NCBI RefSeq assembly: GCF_006345805.1
Contig: NW_021836126.1
Coordinates: forward strand, 186,001-250,000
DNA length: 64,000 bases
Direction of reading: 5' to 3'
Source: Octopus sinensis
Taxonomy: Eukaryota
This document shows positions 37,987-51,866 of this stretch, piece after piece. The notes under the pieces were generated by a model. That model was not told where the DNA came from. It did no database searches and saw only the letters and a list, made by a program, of their open reading frames with translations. The position numbers and the translations under genes were made by a program. Positions within the stretch are counted from its first letter, which is position 1. Each line of letters opens with the position of its first letter.

Positions 37987-38016
37987 TAAACACTCCTTTT
38001 GTTGGGAGTGACTCAC

Positions 38017-38622
38017 ATAGTGCGAGTAGTGAGGCCGCAAATATCTGTCCTTCTTCATAAACTCCTCCGTCTCCCCCAACAACACTGTTTGTAGTGGCAC
38101 TGGTAGAAGGAATTGAACAACTCCCGTGGCAAAGGCAGGTCGAACAGGGCTTCCTGGATATCCTGATCACGTCCTTCTTCATTTCCCGACGGTCGTAGGC
38201 AAACACGTACGAGAATATCGTGTATGTCGCCAACTCCCGTAGTCCATCAACTCCGTGCTCGTGTATGTCGACACTCCGTCACGGAATGAGTCAGCAGCTC
38301 CGCGGAAGTCGCGGATTGTGAGTAAATAAAGTCCACGGTAAATCTTGAGACGGTTTCTCTGTTCCCAGTCCCCGGCGTCCTCCACAAACCTACAAATGAG
38401 GAATTCAACTCACTTTTGTGCCCGTTCGATGGTTGCCCGCATGTTCTCACTCTCCAGGTAGAAGAAGTGTATTCATCAGGAAGTGGTACTGCAAGTTCTG
38501 TCCCACCGTGTTGGCCACTGCAAGTGCAGTTTGGGGGGTGTTTCTCAGCTCGAAAATCCACTTCGCTCGAAAGCCACGTCCAGGTTTGGTATTTTCTCAC
38601 ATATTTCCTCGCTGGCAGCCAT
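38017..38622 (-). pseudogene. RPN7: 26S proteasome lid subunit RPN7/PSMD6, internally deleted and frameshifted
   Basis: [36 protein letters not shown] and PHYSHY. A 24-nt intron lies at 38390-38413. About 100 N-terminal codons are missing. Confidence 0.85.
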
Positions 38623-39119
38623 TTCTAGTTGTTATACGACGTAAACATGCCCACAGCAATGTCACTATTTTATTTATTATTAATAAATTAGACAAATAAT
38701 ATTAATTATATTGCTATATATTTTTAATGCATTAACTGTACTTTATTATTATTATTTGTACTATAGAGACCTATTTTTACACTCCCTAAGTAGCACTGCA
38801 GTGTGTCGACATATTATGAGACAGTCGGCATACTTCCGTTATTGACTTAGTCTTTACTAGTTTTCTCAGATATTATATAAGCAGTTGATTTTTGAATCCA
38901 TTTAAACTAGCAAACAGATAGTCATTGAGAGTATCTTTAATACGTTCGAGTGTTATGAGCAAGAAGATTTTCAGAAATATTATCAGACAGGCTGTTTTTT
39001 AATCCTTTTTTTCTGTCTTATTTACAAGGGATAATGCGAATTCATGAACCTTTGTTTGTCGACAATTTAATTATTTTCAAATTTCTTTTTCCTTGTCGGA
39101 ACTCTACAGGACCGTAAAG

Positions 39120-39362
39120 CAAAAAACTCGCCGTCCAACATCCATCTTGCTCCGAACGATAAGGAGGCCGACGTCCCTTGCGTTCCTCTGATACTCGAGA
39201 CTTACGGAGGCTTTAATTTACAAACATCGAAATTACTAAAAGACGTCAGCTTCCTTATCGCTTGGAAGAAGATGAATTCACACGAATCCTCTTGGCCGAA
39301 ACAGAGGATCTTGGTAGGATCGTGCCCGGCAACGCGCAAGCTATCCGCCTGGCCGGAAGTTA
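39120..39362. mobile_element. Short CRE-like 3' remnants in both orientations
   Basis: ...GNAQAIRLAGS* on the plus strand and a related piece on the minus strand, similar to 19441-19650. Confidence 0.55.
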
Positions 39363-39813
39363 ACTTGATTTTGCTGATAAAACATTACTGATTAAAAAAA
39401 ATTTTAGAAAGAAACCTGAAAACTATTACTCGATTAGTTAAACATTCAATTAAATAATTATCAATAAACAACTGAATTAGATAGACACAATACTATATAT
39501 TTTCGGTAAATAGCCTACGCATTTACGCGCAAAATTAAAAAGTCAATAATCAAAGTGCAATGTTACAATTATTGGAAGACCAACAGCAAATGTTTCGGAT
39601 AAATTTACATTAAAAGACAATTGGTTTATAATTTCGCCATTTTAGTCCGTTGAGTGATCAGCAATAGTTGAGTGTCAGATCGTGAGTCAGTTCAGTGTTA
39701 GTAATAGAATCAGCTGAGTGGCCCAATGAGAGAAAATCTGAATACATGGAAATAATTGAAAATTAGTGTTTATATCGAAAGTAAGTTAAGATCGGATCGG
39801 TTTAGTTTGGGGG

Positions 39814-40263
39814 TTAAAGAAATGGTCGAAAACTTTGTCGACAGAGTTGAAAGCATCTCTGCTGTAAAAACGACGTGCATTGCGGGAGATTGTCGTCCTC
39901 AAACATCATAAATCGAGACAAATTTAATTTGTGTATGTTCCGACTGAATTCGTTCATCCGATTCTTTGCATTTTTCAAATTTTTGCGATCCTTGCGACTG
40001 AGAAGGAAGAAATTGGAAAATTCGAACTCTTCTTGATCGTAGTAATTGGCGTCCTTGTACGACTTTGTGGTGCCCTTTTCTAATCTGTATTTATTCCTCG
40101 ATTCCTGGTCTTTTATGGTTTCATAGGCTTTGTTGATCTCTTTAGTTTTTTCAGTAGCATTGGCCGCTTTATTATGATTAGGATGGAATTTGATGGCCAA
40201 TTTGGGATAAGCCTTTTTTATTTCTTGGTCAGTGGCGTCTAGAGTCTTGTTCAGAATCTCATG
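39814..40263 (-). pseudogene. DnaJ/J-domain protein fragment with HPN in place of HPD
   Basis: HEIL...ATDQEIKKAYPKLAIKFHPNHNK...KEINKAYETI. Confidence 0.75.
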
Positions 40264-40284
40264 TTATTGTATTTGTTCGATTTG

Positions 40285-40620
40285 TAAATAATAATACGAT
40301 TGAGGTACACTTCTTATGCTGTAAACAAATAAACTGTACGACCAAAGGAGAAGATATATTCAATCTTGTATCTACATATTTTGAGCAGAATAATATATCA
40401 TGGAAAAATTGTGTTGGGATTTGCACAGATGGTGCTCCCTCAATGGTTGGATCTAGCAAAGGATTTGTCGCTTTTGAAAAACAGGAAAATGATGAAATTA
40501 TCACAACACATTGCTTCACTCACAGAGAAGTGCTGGTTTTTAAAACTCTTGGAAAAGAACTAAGAAATGTTTTTACTGACGTTATCAAAATGATCAATTT
40601 AAATCCCGAAAGCGTACAAC
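40285..40620 (+). mobile_element. hAT (Buster/ZBED-like) transposase fragment
   Basis: TKGEDIFNLV...WKNCVGICTDGAPSMVG...THCFTHRE. Confidence 0.85.
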
Positions 40621-41524
40621 AGTCATCTTCATAGCTATTTTCTGATAATTTACAACCCAGATGAATAATTTGTTTAAATCGTCTTAACACATATTTCATT
40701 TTTTAATATACAATTTCCGCATGCTATGATTTGTTTCAAATCATTCTCAAAATTACTAAAAAGTGTGTTTTAAATTATTCAAAATTGTGATCTATTCGTA
40801 TGACGGAATAAATCACTTGTAAATATAATAAACAAAAAATCAAAATTAAATACCAAAAAATGGATTAGTTTCACAATTATTTTCACTAACGACTGATTAT
40901 TTTCTCTCTCAATAATTTCTTTAAACTTTCAGAATCAGCAACAAACTTCCTCATGCCCTCCGACAACTTTTCATTTGCCATTTGGTCTTCATTAAGAAAC
41001 GAAATTCCGCCTCATCAATAAACACTTGTATCTCATCCGAAGCCATTGCTAATAATCAGAATCTCATATCACACCATTTTCGACAGTCAAGACTGCCTCA
41101 ACTGACTCATTCGAGGAATCGAGTTGTCCAAACAAGTTCGAACTAAGAAATAAGATTTTTATATACGAAATAGTGAGCAAGTCACAACCAGCCAGTGCCT
41201 TAATTTGTCCAATATTTCTGAACGAAGCGCGCATAATACTCGTTTTATAACCATATTTTTAAAATAATTGTAAATTCGAGTGACAGAGAATACACCTATT
41301 AATAAATCCCCAAATTAGCAAACCAGGATCATCTCTAGGACCGTACTCAATTCCCGTCTCCTTTTTCCACCAGTCATAAATACAACACTTAAAAAACTGA
41401 AAAGCAACACAAGTCCAGGAATCAATGATATTCACGGGAAACTTTTAAAACAGCAGCCAACGTCTCTAAAGTATTAACTAGGCAACATTTTCAATGAAAT
41501 ATTTAAGAAACACACTGATATTTG

Positions 41525-41725
41525 TTATTTCTTTTTTGCAAAAAGTTTTCTAATATTCGAATCCATGTTGCTAAGAGCGATTCGCATATTATCTCCAACT
41601 TTCAATCGATTACGAGATTTATTTTTAATTAAACAAGACATCGCAGTTTTGCATAAGTATGTTGTTGGATAAGGAATTAAATATTGCATACTAGCCATAG
41701 TCAATAACGAATACTTTGGAATCAT
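41525..41725 (-). mobile_element. hAT transposase C-terminal fragment
   Basis: LIPYPTTYLC...KSRNRLKVGDNMRIALS. Confidence 0.75.
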
Positions 41726-41984
41726 TTTACTCCATTATAATTCAATAATCATGATTAAAAAAGTAGCTGAATATAAAAAATAAAAGTAATGTAAATTTTC
41801 TTATAGCTTGTAAAATAGATATAATAAATATGTATTTATTTTAAAATTATAATAATTTTCCTGTGCATAAATACAAAGAACCCTGTATTTGATTGTTAAA
41901 ATAATTATTGTGAAAAAATTGGAAAAGACCAGAAGATTTGTGTTGTGTTGTGGTGGTGGCGTTGCGGAGTAGCAACTTTTTTTT

Positions 41985-44900
41985 ATGTATTCAGTCAGTT
42001 TGTGTATTAAAAATTCTAAACTTGGTAATTTGACAATCATTAACATATTCAATGGAATAGATTGTGTTAGAAGAGCGAGGATTTCTCGACGGCATACTGG
42101 CGATTTTATTCTGCAGTTTAAGAATTTGGACGACTTTGAAGGGTTCAAACAATCTTTGGAGGTTAGAAGTCCCTTTGGACAAGGTGGACATGAGGTGGTA
42201 AAAGTTAAGCTGCTTCCTTCCACTATTATTCTAAGAAATGTTCCGACATGGATAGAGATGGATGAATTAAAAGATTTTCTCAAAACAAAGTTGACAGGAG
42301 AGTTTCAAGTTGAAAGATTTGTACGCCGTGAAGTTATTTTACCTATTGTTAAGCTTGTCCTAACAAGCAGGGGAGAAGCAGAATCCATAATCAGATTGGG
42401 ATTGATTATTGGGTTTTTAAAGATAAAGGCAGAATAGTTCATAAAACGAGAAATTCAATGTTTTCGTTGTCAGCAGTTTGGACATATTGCTCGGTTTTGC
42501 AAGAACTTGGAAAAGTGTTTACATTGTTCAGGACCATATAGAAGATCGGAATGTAAAGAATCACGTGATTTGAGAAAATGTGTTAACTGTGGATCGACTA
42601 CACATCTAGCGAAGTATGGAGGCTGTCCGAAAGCATTAGAAGCTCGTCGTGAGAAGATGAAGAAATTTGTAGAGAAGCCAAGAATCTCACATAAAGAAGA
42701 TAAAGAACCTGCCAGATTAGGAAGTAATAATATTCCAAAGAAAGCTAAACTTGATTTTCTAAATGGACGGACAAGTTGGAATACTGCAGCGGTCGAAAAG
42801 AAGGCAGAAGATGCTATTACACAGACAGAAGAACCTGCAGAAGAGAACAAAAATAAAATCTCAACATAGATGATAAGTACGAAATGTCAACTAGATTACT
42901 CACAAAATTTGGAGAAATTAGAAAAAAGCATTATAGAAGTAACAAAAACAAACAAGGATACGAAGCTTTTACTGGATTTGGTGGCGATTCTAAGAAAAGG
43001 GATCAGCCACCAAAAAAATCAGAAGTAATCAGGATAACCCTGATCAATGCCCGCTCTCTTAGAAAGCGGGCCTCAGAGCTGACTGCATTGGTCAGCACAG
43101 TGTGTATGGATGTTTTTGATGGTAAATGAGACAAAGATCAAGAAGGGTAGTTCCTTTAAACTCAATGGATTTTCATCAATTGATATTCCATGGAAGGATG
43201 GTTCTATTTCTGGAACTGGAACTTCAATTTATTATAGAACTAATTTTAAGACAAAGAGGGCTAGAATTATTGAAGAAGATGTATGTGAACTAGTCAGCGT
43301 TTAAATACAAACAAATATTGGATGGATAACAATTGGAGGTATTTATTCGAAGAAATTACGTGAATACCCATGGATTATTGATGAATTCTTTAACAAAAAC
43401 GTGAATCCGATTTTGGTTGGGGATTTGAACTCGAAGCATGTTGATTACGGGTGTGTTACAACAAACCAAGATGGAAAATGTCTTGTAAAGTGGATGAAAT
43501 CAGGAGAACTGAAAATATTGACGTCGGCAGAAATAAATCACTATGCAACTTATAGTGGTGATAGACTTGGACTGTTCATAATGCCTCAAAAGATGAGTGA
43601 AATGTGCAATCCTTCATATATTGAAAATGACGTAGAAAGTGATCACATTCCACAAACGATTGAATTAAGAACTGGCCCGGTTCACACACAGCACATATTC
43701 GTTAGATATGATATCAGTAGAATTGATTGGAATCACTTCAATTTTTTCATCAGAATGAAACTTGGTGGTATAGATTCTTTGAGGATTTCGAAACCGAAAG
43801 ATATCGATAACCTGGATAACAAATTAAGATGCTTATTACTGAGTTATCTGGAAAATTATGGAAAAAGAAAAAATCTCCTACAGCAGGAGAATATGATAAT
43901 AGGAGTAGAAGAACGTTCTCTACGTCAGGAGAAGAATAAATTAGAAAATAAGTTAAGGAGGTGTTGGGATTTCTTTGACTCCCAAGAACTTAAAGTTCAG
44001 ATCAAGTTAATAAAGAGGAAGATAATAGATGTTGTAAAGAAGAATGAAGAAAAAATATGGAAAAGGGAATGTTCAAAGCTACATCGACAGAATCCAAAAT
44101 TTTGGAAACTATTTGCAAGAATGGTTTCGCCAAGTAATGAAAAAGAAGAAATTTCTCTGAAATCAGATGATGGTTTCACTATTCCGAAGGAAGAAATACC
44201 GGATATATTACGTAAATAATTGTCCAGAATTCAAGAAACTGATCCAGCCACCTTTATTCCACAAGAAGTGCAAAATACAAGAAGTAATTATAAAGAAACG
44301 TCGAAACTGAATAGTCCCTTGTGCCAACCTATAACACAAGAAGAAAAAATACTGCGATAAAAAGTTGCAAAAATAAAGCACCAGGATGGGATTTATTCCA
44401 ATGAGTATCTTCAAGAATGCGGACCAGATTTTAGTTGGATTACTAAATATATTATACAATTCCTCGTGGAGTTTTGGACATGTTCCGTCGACCTGGAAAC
44501 GAACAATTGTACGTATGGTCGTGAAAAAAGGAAAGCCTAAGTCAAAAGCAGATAGCTATAGGCCAATTAGCTTAATCTGCTCAATTTCGAAAATTATGGA
44601 GAAAATTGTTTTCAATCGTCTCTCAAGGCTTGTTGAGGTTAATAATTTTCTCTCTGACAATCAATTGGGTTTTCGACATAAAAAAGGGACTGGAGATTGT
44701 CTCAGAGAGCTAAGATCTGCAATTGATAGTTCGAGGAGAAAAAAGGAATTTCTTACAATAGCGTGCTTGGATATAACGAAGGCCTTTGACAGTGTTTGGC
44801 ACTACGGACTTCTTGATACGTTATCAAAAGCAGGAATTGGGAGAACCGCATTATTATGGATAGAAAACTTTCTTTCAAGAAGGAGGTCGTATATACGTTT

Positions 44901-45710
44901 GGAAATTTAATTTCTAAGAAAATTGAATTACGAAGAGGGGTTCCGCAGGGATCAATTCTCAGCCCGCTACTCTTCAATTGTGTAATGAGTGAGTTACCAA
45001 AAACTGAGAGCATAAATAGTCGTATGATTATTTATGCTGATGACATTCTTGTGCTTGATTCAAGCATAAGTAAACAAATTTCATGGAAAAGGGTAGAAAC
45101 CCATATAAAAAACATTGGGAGGTGGTGCCAAAACAATGGGTTGACTCTGTCAAGAGAAAAATCAACAGTCACATGGATTGCAAGTAAAAGAAAAAATATT
45201 GATGAATATGTAAATACAGGAGATATAAAAAACTCTGGAAAATTGAAGTATCTCTGAGTATCGATAGATCGAAGAGGATCTTTTAAGGATCATATCAAAA
45301 CACGAAGAGAGAAAGCTACAGGAATGTTGAAATTTTTAACTCGATTTCATTTGGAGCCTGAAACTTTCCTTTTTGTGTATTCTACATGTATTGAGCCATT
45401 CTTGATATATGGCTATCAAGGATGGTATAGATCCGAAGAAAGTAGCATTTTTGTAAAAAAATTGGAAAAGACCAGAAGATTTGCTATTAAATTGGCATTT
45501 GGATCGGACTTAAATTCAAAAATCGAAAATGCTTATGACGTTAAAGTCAGAAGGATAGAAGATTTGTTACATCACTTGTGGAAATTATGATGTAATTTTT
45601 TCTTTTGGGTATATGCGAAGAAGAGACATGTGGTGTCTCATAAAATGACCCTATACAATGAAATCAAACCCACATTAATTAGCCTCTTGTTCTGCTTTTG
45701 GCTTTTTTCC
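41985..45710 (+). mobile_element. LINE E4: degenerate, 5'-truncated relative of E2/E3
   Basis: Broken ORF1 (CFRCQQFGHIARFC, CVNCGSTTHLAKYGGC) and broken ORF2 (INARS, WKDGSISGTGTSIYY, GDLNSK, SYRPISL, GVPQGSILSPLLF, YADD). 3' hairpin at 45623-45639, then AATAAA and a TTGT-type tail. Confidence 0.9.
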
Positions 45711-46689
45711 TAACATTAATTTATGGGTTTGTTGGAAAATAAAACTTGTCTTGTTTTGTCGCTTCTCGGCCTTTTGGCTTTGATCAAAGTGTAGTATCTG
45801 TTCTTTCCAGCTTTATATCTGGGACGCCCTTACACGCGGCAAGATATAATGCTTATTTTTGTGCCTTTGTGTGTCCTGCGAAGCTTCCTAACTCCATTCC
45901 ACGCGTCCTCCCGGTATTGCATTACTTTCGGGTTGGGCGCATTCCCTTTTGGGAATTTTATTTTTTTAAAAGTGATTAGTTTATTACAAAAAGAATTTTA
46001 TTTTTTTAAAAGTGATTAGTTTATTACAAAAAAGAATTCGGTCAAGTGTTGAAAGCTTCATGGAGGGGAAGACAACGCGGCTTTGAACGTTATTTTAATA
46101 TGTCTGATTTTTATACACTTTCTTTTACTTACATGTATTCACAATATTATCCCCTTCAGCTCCTCCCTTCCAAGATGCATTTGGTGGAGTGCACAGGCTA
46201 TAATCCACAAAGATAGAATATAAGGAAGACTTTAGTACATTTGGTGGAGTGCTCGGGCTGAGGTTCTAGCCAAGGAGTGACTCTAACGCTTCCTCCACCA
46301 ACCTTCAATCAGCAAAATATATAAACCCGAAGCTCAACCGTCAACACACCAGTCAGGAACCTCACTATGCTGGCTCGATTCAGCCAGGTACTCCGAATTT
46401 GTTTGTTTTCTGGATCGCATTCTGCAGCTTCCAAAAAAGGGTATATGTTTTTCTTGTATCAGAATCAATAATGAGGTAACTGTTTAGCGATTTTGAAAAT
46501 ATGCTCACCATTTTTAAGGTCAAAATGCATGGTAATTTCATAGGCTTGATCGCTTTCATGATAAACCTTTTCACTTTTTGAATACGGGCAATACGTTTGC
46601 TTTTTTCTAAGTAATAACTCTTTTGCTTTTTGATATGATCGTTTATAAAATCCTGAAGTCTTGTCTCTGAGTTTAAGGCGTGTTTCAGA

Positions 46690-47215
46690 AATTTTTTTGT
46701 AGCGTTTCACAAAATCAATTCACAAACGTGCAATTAACGATCTTAAATTTAACAAACAGAAGATTCTTGGAATTAATCCAAATTATGGAAGAAGTTCTCG
46801 TTTTTCGAAACTCAGATATTCATCAATTGATTCTGAAATCATTATCTGGATAGATTACATGGAATTTATTGGAGTTTGCCTCAATGAGGAGATAATTTTA
46901 TCTGAAGCAGCTAAATTTGCTGCGTTAAACGGTCTCTCCGAATTTAAATCCAGTAAAGGATGGCTTGAAAAGTTCAAAAAAGGCACAATATAAAGCTAAG
47001 AATTTTTCATGGTGAATTGGGATATACTACGGATAAGTTCAAAGACGAAATCGAAAACTTTTAAAAATTATCTCTTCAAAAATAAATGAATATGGTTTCG
47101 AAAATGTCTATAATGCCGACGTAACAGGCGTATTTTACAAGATCATTCCATCAAAAAGTGTCTGCAGGAAACACCAACCAGGACAAAAATTACTTAAAGA
47201 TAGGGTTGACATTTT
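46690..47215 (+). mobile_element. pogo/Tigger transposase fragment
   Basis: EFKSSKGWLEKF, HGE, and ENVYNADVTGVFYKIIP. Confidence 0.8.
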
Positions 47216-47699
47216 TTAGCCAATTTTCAGATTTTTATTAATGGAAGAATTTGGTTGTGGAGAAACTGACTCGAAAGACTTAATTCACTACTTTGATTTG
47301 GCCAAGTCGGTGAGAGACTTTTTAGGCTTCTGTGGAATATGACTGCTTTCTATTACAAAAATAATCTTTACTTTTGTTTCATAGAACACCGACAGTTCGT
47401 TTGCAAACAGGTCGCATTTGTACAAAATTCTTCACTTTAACTCGCTTTAAGCTGTCGTGTAAGATAATGTCCACTTCAATTAAAGTTACAGTAAAACCTT
47501 TTTAATATACCACCGAAAAATAAGCTCCTTTTTTACCGAAAAATGAGATTCTGTTTTTCCATTTTTTTATAGAACTCTTTTTTTAATTTGCTTTTATTCG
47601 AATTTGAGCTTCCGAGTTTTAAAGCTAATTCTTTTTGTTGCTCTAAAAAGTCTCTAAATTTTTGTTTCTAGGAATTTCCTAGTATCAAATAGTCCCAAT

Positions 47700-48620
47700 T
47701 GGCAATTATTTTTAAATATCGAAGATATTCACAAGATCAATTGAAGGGGTGCCACTGGTTTCAACCTCATGTAGACGTTTAGAAATATCTTGTTGGTATC
47801 TCTTTTGCCAATTGTCAAAGTTCAATATTTCCACAGCCAAACGTCCATTTAGAGACGTACTTTTTCTCTTTACTGCCTCAATTCTGAATTATCGTTTAAG
47901 TTTCAATCTGGCAACTGTCAGTTTATAGTCACTGTAATTTATCGTTCTTCCATAACTTATAGAGTCTGACAACAATCTCTTTAATAGATTGGGAAGGTAA
48001 CATAGTCAATTTGATTATACACATACAGCTGCCATTTTTGGATCTCTTGGTGCCGACCCAAGTGCCTTGCAGAGTTTTCAAAGGTGATAAAGCTGATGAA
48101 TTACAAAAATCAATGAGTGAGTGTCCAGAGAGATTTCGAAAAACTTCGTTTTGTCTTCTCAAGCCAGCTTTAGCATCTCAATCACTACAGATAAAAGTCA
48201 TTTTAAAATTATTAACTTGGCGGTATGTTTTCGCGAAGATTTCGTAAAATTCGTCCAATTCATCATTTTTAGAAAATTCTGCTCATACGTGGAGCATAAA
48301 CGTTGAAAATGGTCATCATGAAATTCTCCGTGGATGATAAATGTCATTGCATAACAGCAACACGGTCATTGACTGTCCATATTTTATGCAGGCAAATCAT
48401 TAGGTTCAAATTGATAGCAAAACCAAGACCGCGGAGACGATTGTCAGGCGCGAGTAAGAGAATACGATAGTTACCAAAGGTTCCTTCAAATCCAAAAGCG
48501 TTCTTCGTCTATTGAATGCAACAGATACCAATTTGTAGCGTGGCGGATCCTCAGCCAATTGTTTCCTCTTCGAACATTGTATGTGACGATGGTGATCAGG
48601 GATTTTGAATTTTAGCATGC
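47700..48620 (-). mobile_element. RTE-like LINE APE domain, decayed
   Basis: IGICCIQ*TK...GLGFAI...FNVYAP...ELDEFYE...DAKAG...YNQIDY. Confidence 0.75.
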
Positions 48621-48945
48621 TAAATGTATGATTTTTCCTGAGAAAAACTGAAGCACGTCACCATTTCAATCAGTATATTTTCCTGTAAATAAAATAAAAT
48701 TGGATGAGCAATCGCAACTATTTATGATTATTAAACGAAAATGTAGTGGCGATAATTTGGTAAATACTTGTATGTTTTTAATGGAATTCGTTCATTCCCA
48801 GCATTTATGTTTATTATTGTTATTTTCGCACTGACGAAAAATCATAAGCTAAAGTTTTCCTTGTGGCACGGTTAGTATTCTTTTCCAGATGGGTTTCTAT
48901 GTCTCTCTGTTGTTTGCTAGTGTTCGTAGTGCATAGAAATCCTCT

Positions 48946-49508
48946 TCAATTTGCAATTTTTTGTTTATTCCTGCTAAGCCTTTGTTTAATGCGGTAAGTA
49001 GGGTGGCTCTGGGCTTTTAACGGAATGCCCCTTCGGGTCTGAAAAAATAGCTTTTCATCGCGATATTCGGTGGAGTGAGACTGTCGAGTCAAAATTTGGC
49101 CAAAAAACCTCCATTTAGAATTCAGGATTTCCATGGAAATGGAAACGGCCAGCGCTACGACGGCAAAATAGGGAATTCTATGTTTATAATTCTTCTCAAT
49201 TAATTTTGATAAAATTGTTTAAAACTGTTTATTTAAGCTTTGGTGATTCCCCATGTCGATCTGTTATACGTCAGGACTGGAACAACAAACGCCTTATAAA
49301 TTTTTAGTTTTGTCTCTGTATTTAATCTTCTTTGACGCCAAATGTTTAAGAGTTTATTATACATAGCGATTGATGGTATCCATCTATAGGTGACATCTCC
49401 AGAGTCACCTAGCAGTAATCCGACTTTTTTGTGCTTTCTCCAGGATTCATCATAAGTGCGTTTAGCTAGAACAATTTTCGTGTATGTCACAGTCCAGACA
49501 TGAGCCAC
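48946..49508 (-). mobile_element. RTE-like LINE RT C-terminal fragments
   Basis: KLKIYKAFVVPVLTYN.STWGITK and KWRFFGQILTR. Confidence 0.75.
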
Positions 49509-49744
49509 GCCGGACGTGAGTCACTTTTCAAAAATTAATGAAAATAAATAAAAAATAACTAAATAGATATAACTTACTCCAATTATACCATATTAGTGTT
49601 TTTTATGTTTTTTTTGGATAAAAGTTAATAATATTCACCCACAAAAAACAAACATAACGCATTTTTGGCCCGACTTTTTAATTTCCTTAGCCGACTAAAA
49701 TGTACTTTTTCAATAATTTCCCCCTCTTTATTTTCTAAATCTAA

Positions 49745-50432
49745 TGTGCCACCGTCCTGTTTTATCACTCTGTATGCAGATGTATCTATCTGGTCATACA
49801 GAGGATATTTTCTTGTGTTTTCATTTATATCTTAATCCATCCGTAAAAGTGCGTAATGTCCAACTGATATTTCCTCTTCATCAAATCTCCATCTTCTCTT
49901 TTTTTTCAATTTTTCCCCCGCACTTTCCAAATTGTTAAGTACGTCTTCTTGAATTTTATTTACTTCTTCGCTTTCTTGATACACAAAATCTACTTCTTCG
50001 TATTCATTTTCTCCTTATCGTAAAATAATTTCATAATTACCAGTAAAAGCAAATAAAGACTGCATAATGTAATCATCTAGTTTTTTTTCATATCCCACTC
50101 CCATAAAAATGTTAAATGGAATATACTTTGTTGTGTCATGTTTAGAATTATTATATTCGTAGACAATTCTTTTAATAATTGGATGATATTTCGCAAACAT
50201 TCCATTTGAAGCGCTTCGTTTTATAGATTGGTTAAATCTTAAAATTAACAAAATAAATATACCGTTCTACCTGACCTTGTATCCATGGGGCACGTGGTCT
50301 TCCACATATGTGCTCAGGGCCAAACTTTGTACACATTTCCTCAATCATATTGTTTTTGAACTCCTTTCCATTATCTGTTTGCAAGATTAATGGAGCTCCA
50401 ATCATCATAAAAATGTTTTCAATAATAAGCAC
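49745..50432 (-). mobile_element. Second Ginger/GIN-like integrase with mini-introns
   Basis: GAPLILQTDNGKEF...GRPRAPWIQGQVER|FNQSIKR. Introns at 50238-50262 (25 nt) and 50014-50040 (27 nt). The C-terminus is homologous to 21782-22027. Confidence 0.8.
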
Positions 50433-51866
50433 TATTTCTATTCTGCCATTATAAACTGCTTTCGTTACTGCTCGGCAATTGTCGTGTTAAAGTCAGTCCA
50501 TGCCCTGGTTCGACTACTGATGAACAAGTTTCCCGAAGTCTTTTCCAATTCAAAAGTCGTCCTCATCAGGAACGAACTTGAAGAACTGCAAACACTAAAC
50601 AATTCCTTCAACAAGTTTTTGAGTGAAGCCTTCGTGAACACCGAGATGTTGAGTGGTGTCTTTATTTCTAGGTTGAACTATCAATGTGATATACAACTCG
50701 TTGTTCTTGCTAAAGATTGGGATGGAGTGTTATCCGACATACGCTGATCTATTTTTGCCTCAGGCATTGAGATGCGCACGAAAACTTGTCACTTATTTCA
50801 TCGATAATCAGCGTTTCCAGTGCAAAGGGTTGCACTCAGCTCTGTCCAGTAATGGTGCATTCGAATGTGTGTAGTCACTGATTTAATTTCAACTGCTATA
50901 CACATAATCAAGCATCGTTGTGGAGTTATGAATCCCGAAAACCAGCGATAATTCCTAACTATGCTACAAGAACTAATATTAGGGACAAATGACACCAAAA
51001 TTGTGACTTCGATATTGAATGCTGTAGAAACGTGAATATTGAATGCAGTCAGATCTCCCCTTTACTCATTTAATTAGTCTAGCCAGTCCCAGTCACTATT
51101 TCCTAGTGAACAAAACAAAAATTCTCCAATTGAATCCGAAAATGTATTTTTTGACGGCTTTATAATTTTACAGGAGGAAGAAAATCCGGACTAATTTAAT
51201 AATTAAATTTGAAAAATTTGTTTATCCTTTAAAACTTGAACAAATTGAAGATCCTTAATTTAGATTTGTATTACATTGCTCAAAAATAATTACGATACTT
51301 CTCGTTTTCGGATTTTATAATTTAATAGGGATCATTACCAACACATTTTGTTTTATTGTTAAAAAATCCTGAGTATTTACTATTTTTAAAAAAGAATTAA
51401 AAAATTGTCATTTTAATTTTCAGCCATTTGTTCTAATTATAACATTTGCATTATTATTTTGTATTGAATGACGTCGCATTGTCATCTTTAATTATTTAGG
51501 GGGATAGTCATTAGTTTGGTATTATTATCTATGCAAAATAAGTTGGCCGATTTCTGGACTAAATGGCTACCCACATATTGATTACAGTTGTAATTCAAAT
51601 AGCCAGATAAACGCTAATAAAACTCGATATTTGGTATAAAAATGAGGCAATCGGAGAAAATGTATTTGGCGACTTTGTTTATCGTTTTCTAAAAGTCGAC
51701 ACGAGTACAAATATGTGGTCAATGGGGTCTGGAGGGTCAATCACAACGAGGTGGAGCGGTTGTTTATTTGGGTAGAAAACTATTCAAAGTCCTTTAAATA
51801 CTCTTAATAATGTGATTTCAATATCCAGGGGGACTTTGATGTGCATGAAGTACTTAAACAAGAGTT

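Noticed and set aside
46130-46390. LTR/PBS-like segment (CATTTGGTGGAGTGC twice, TATATAAACCC)
   Set aside because: It resembles a tRNA-Ala-type PBS, but there is no second LTR or gag/pol nearby, so it is too weak to call.
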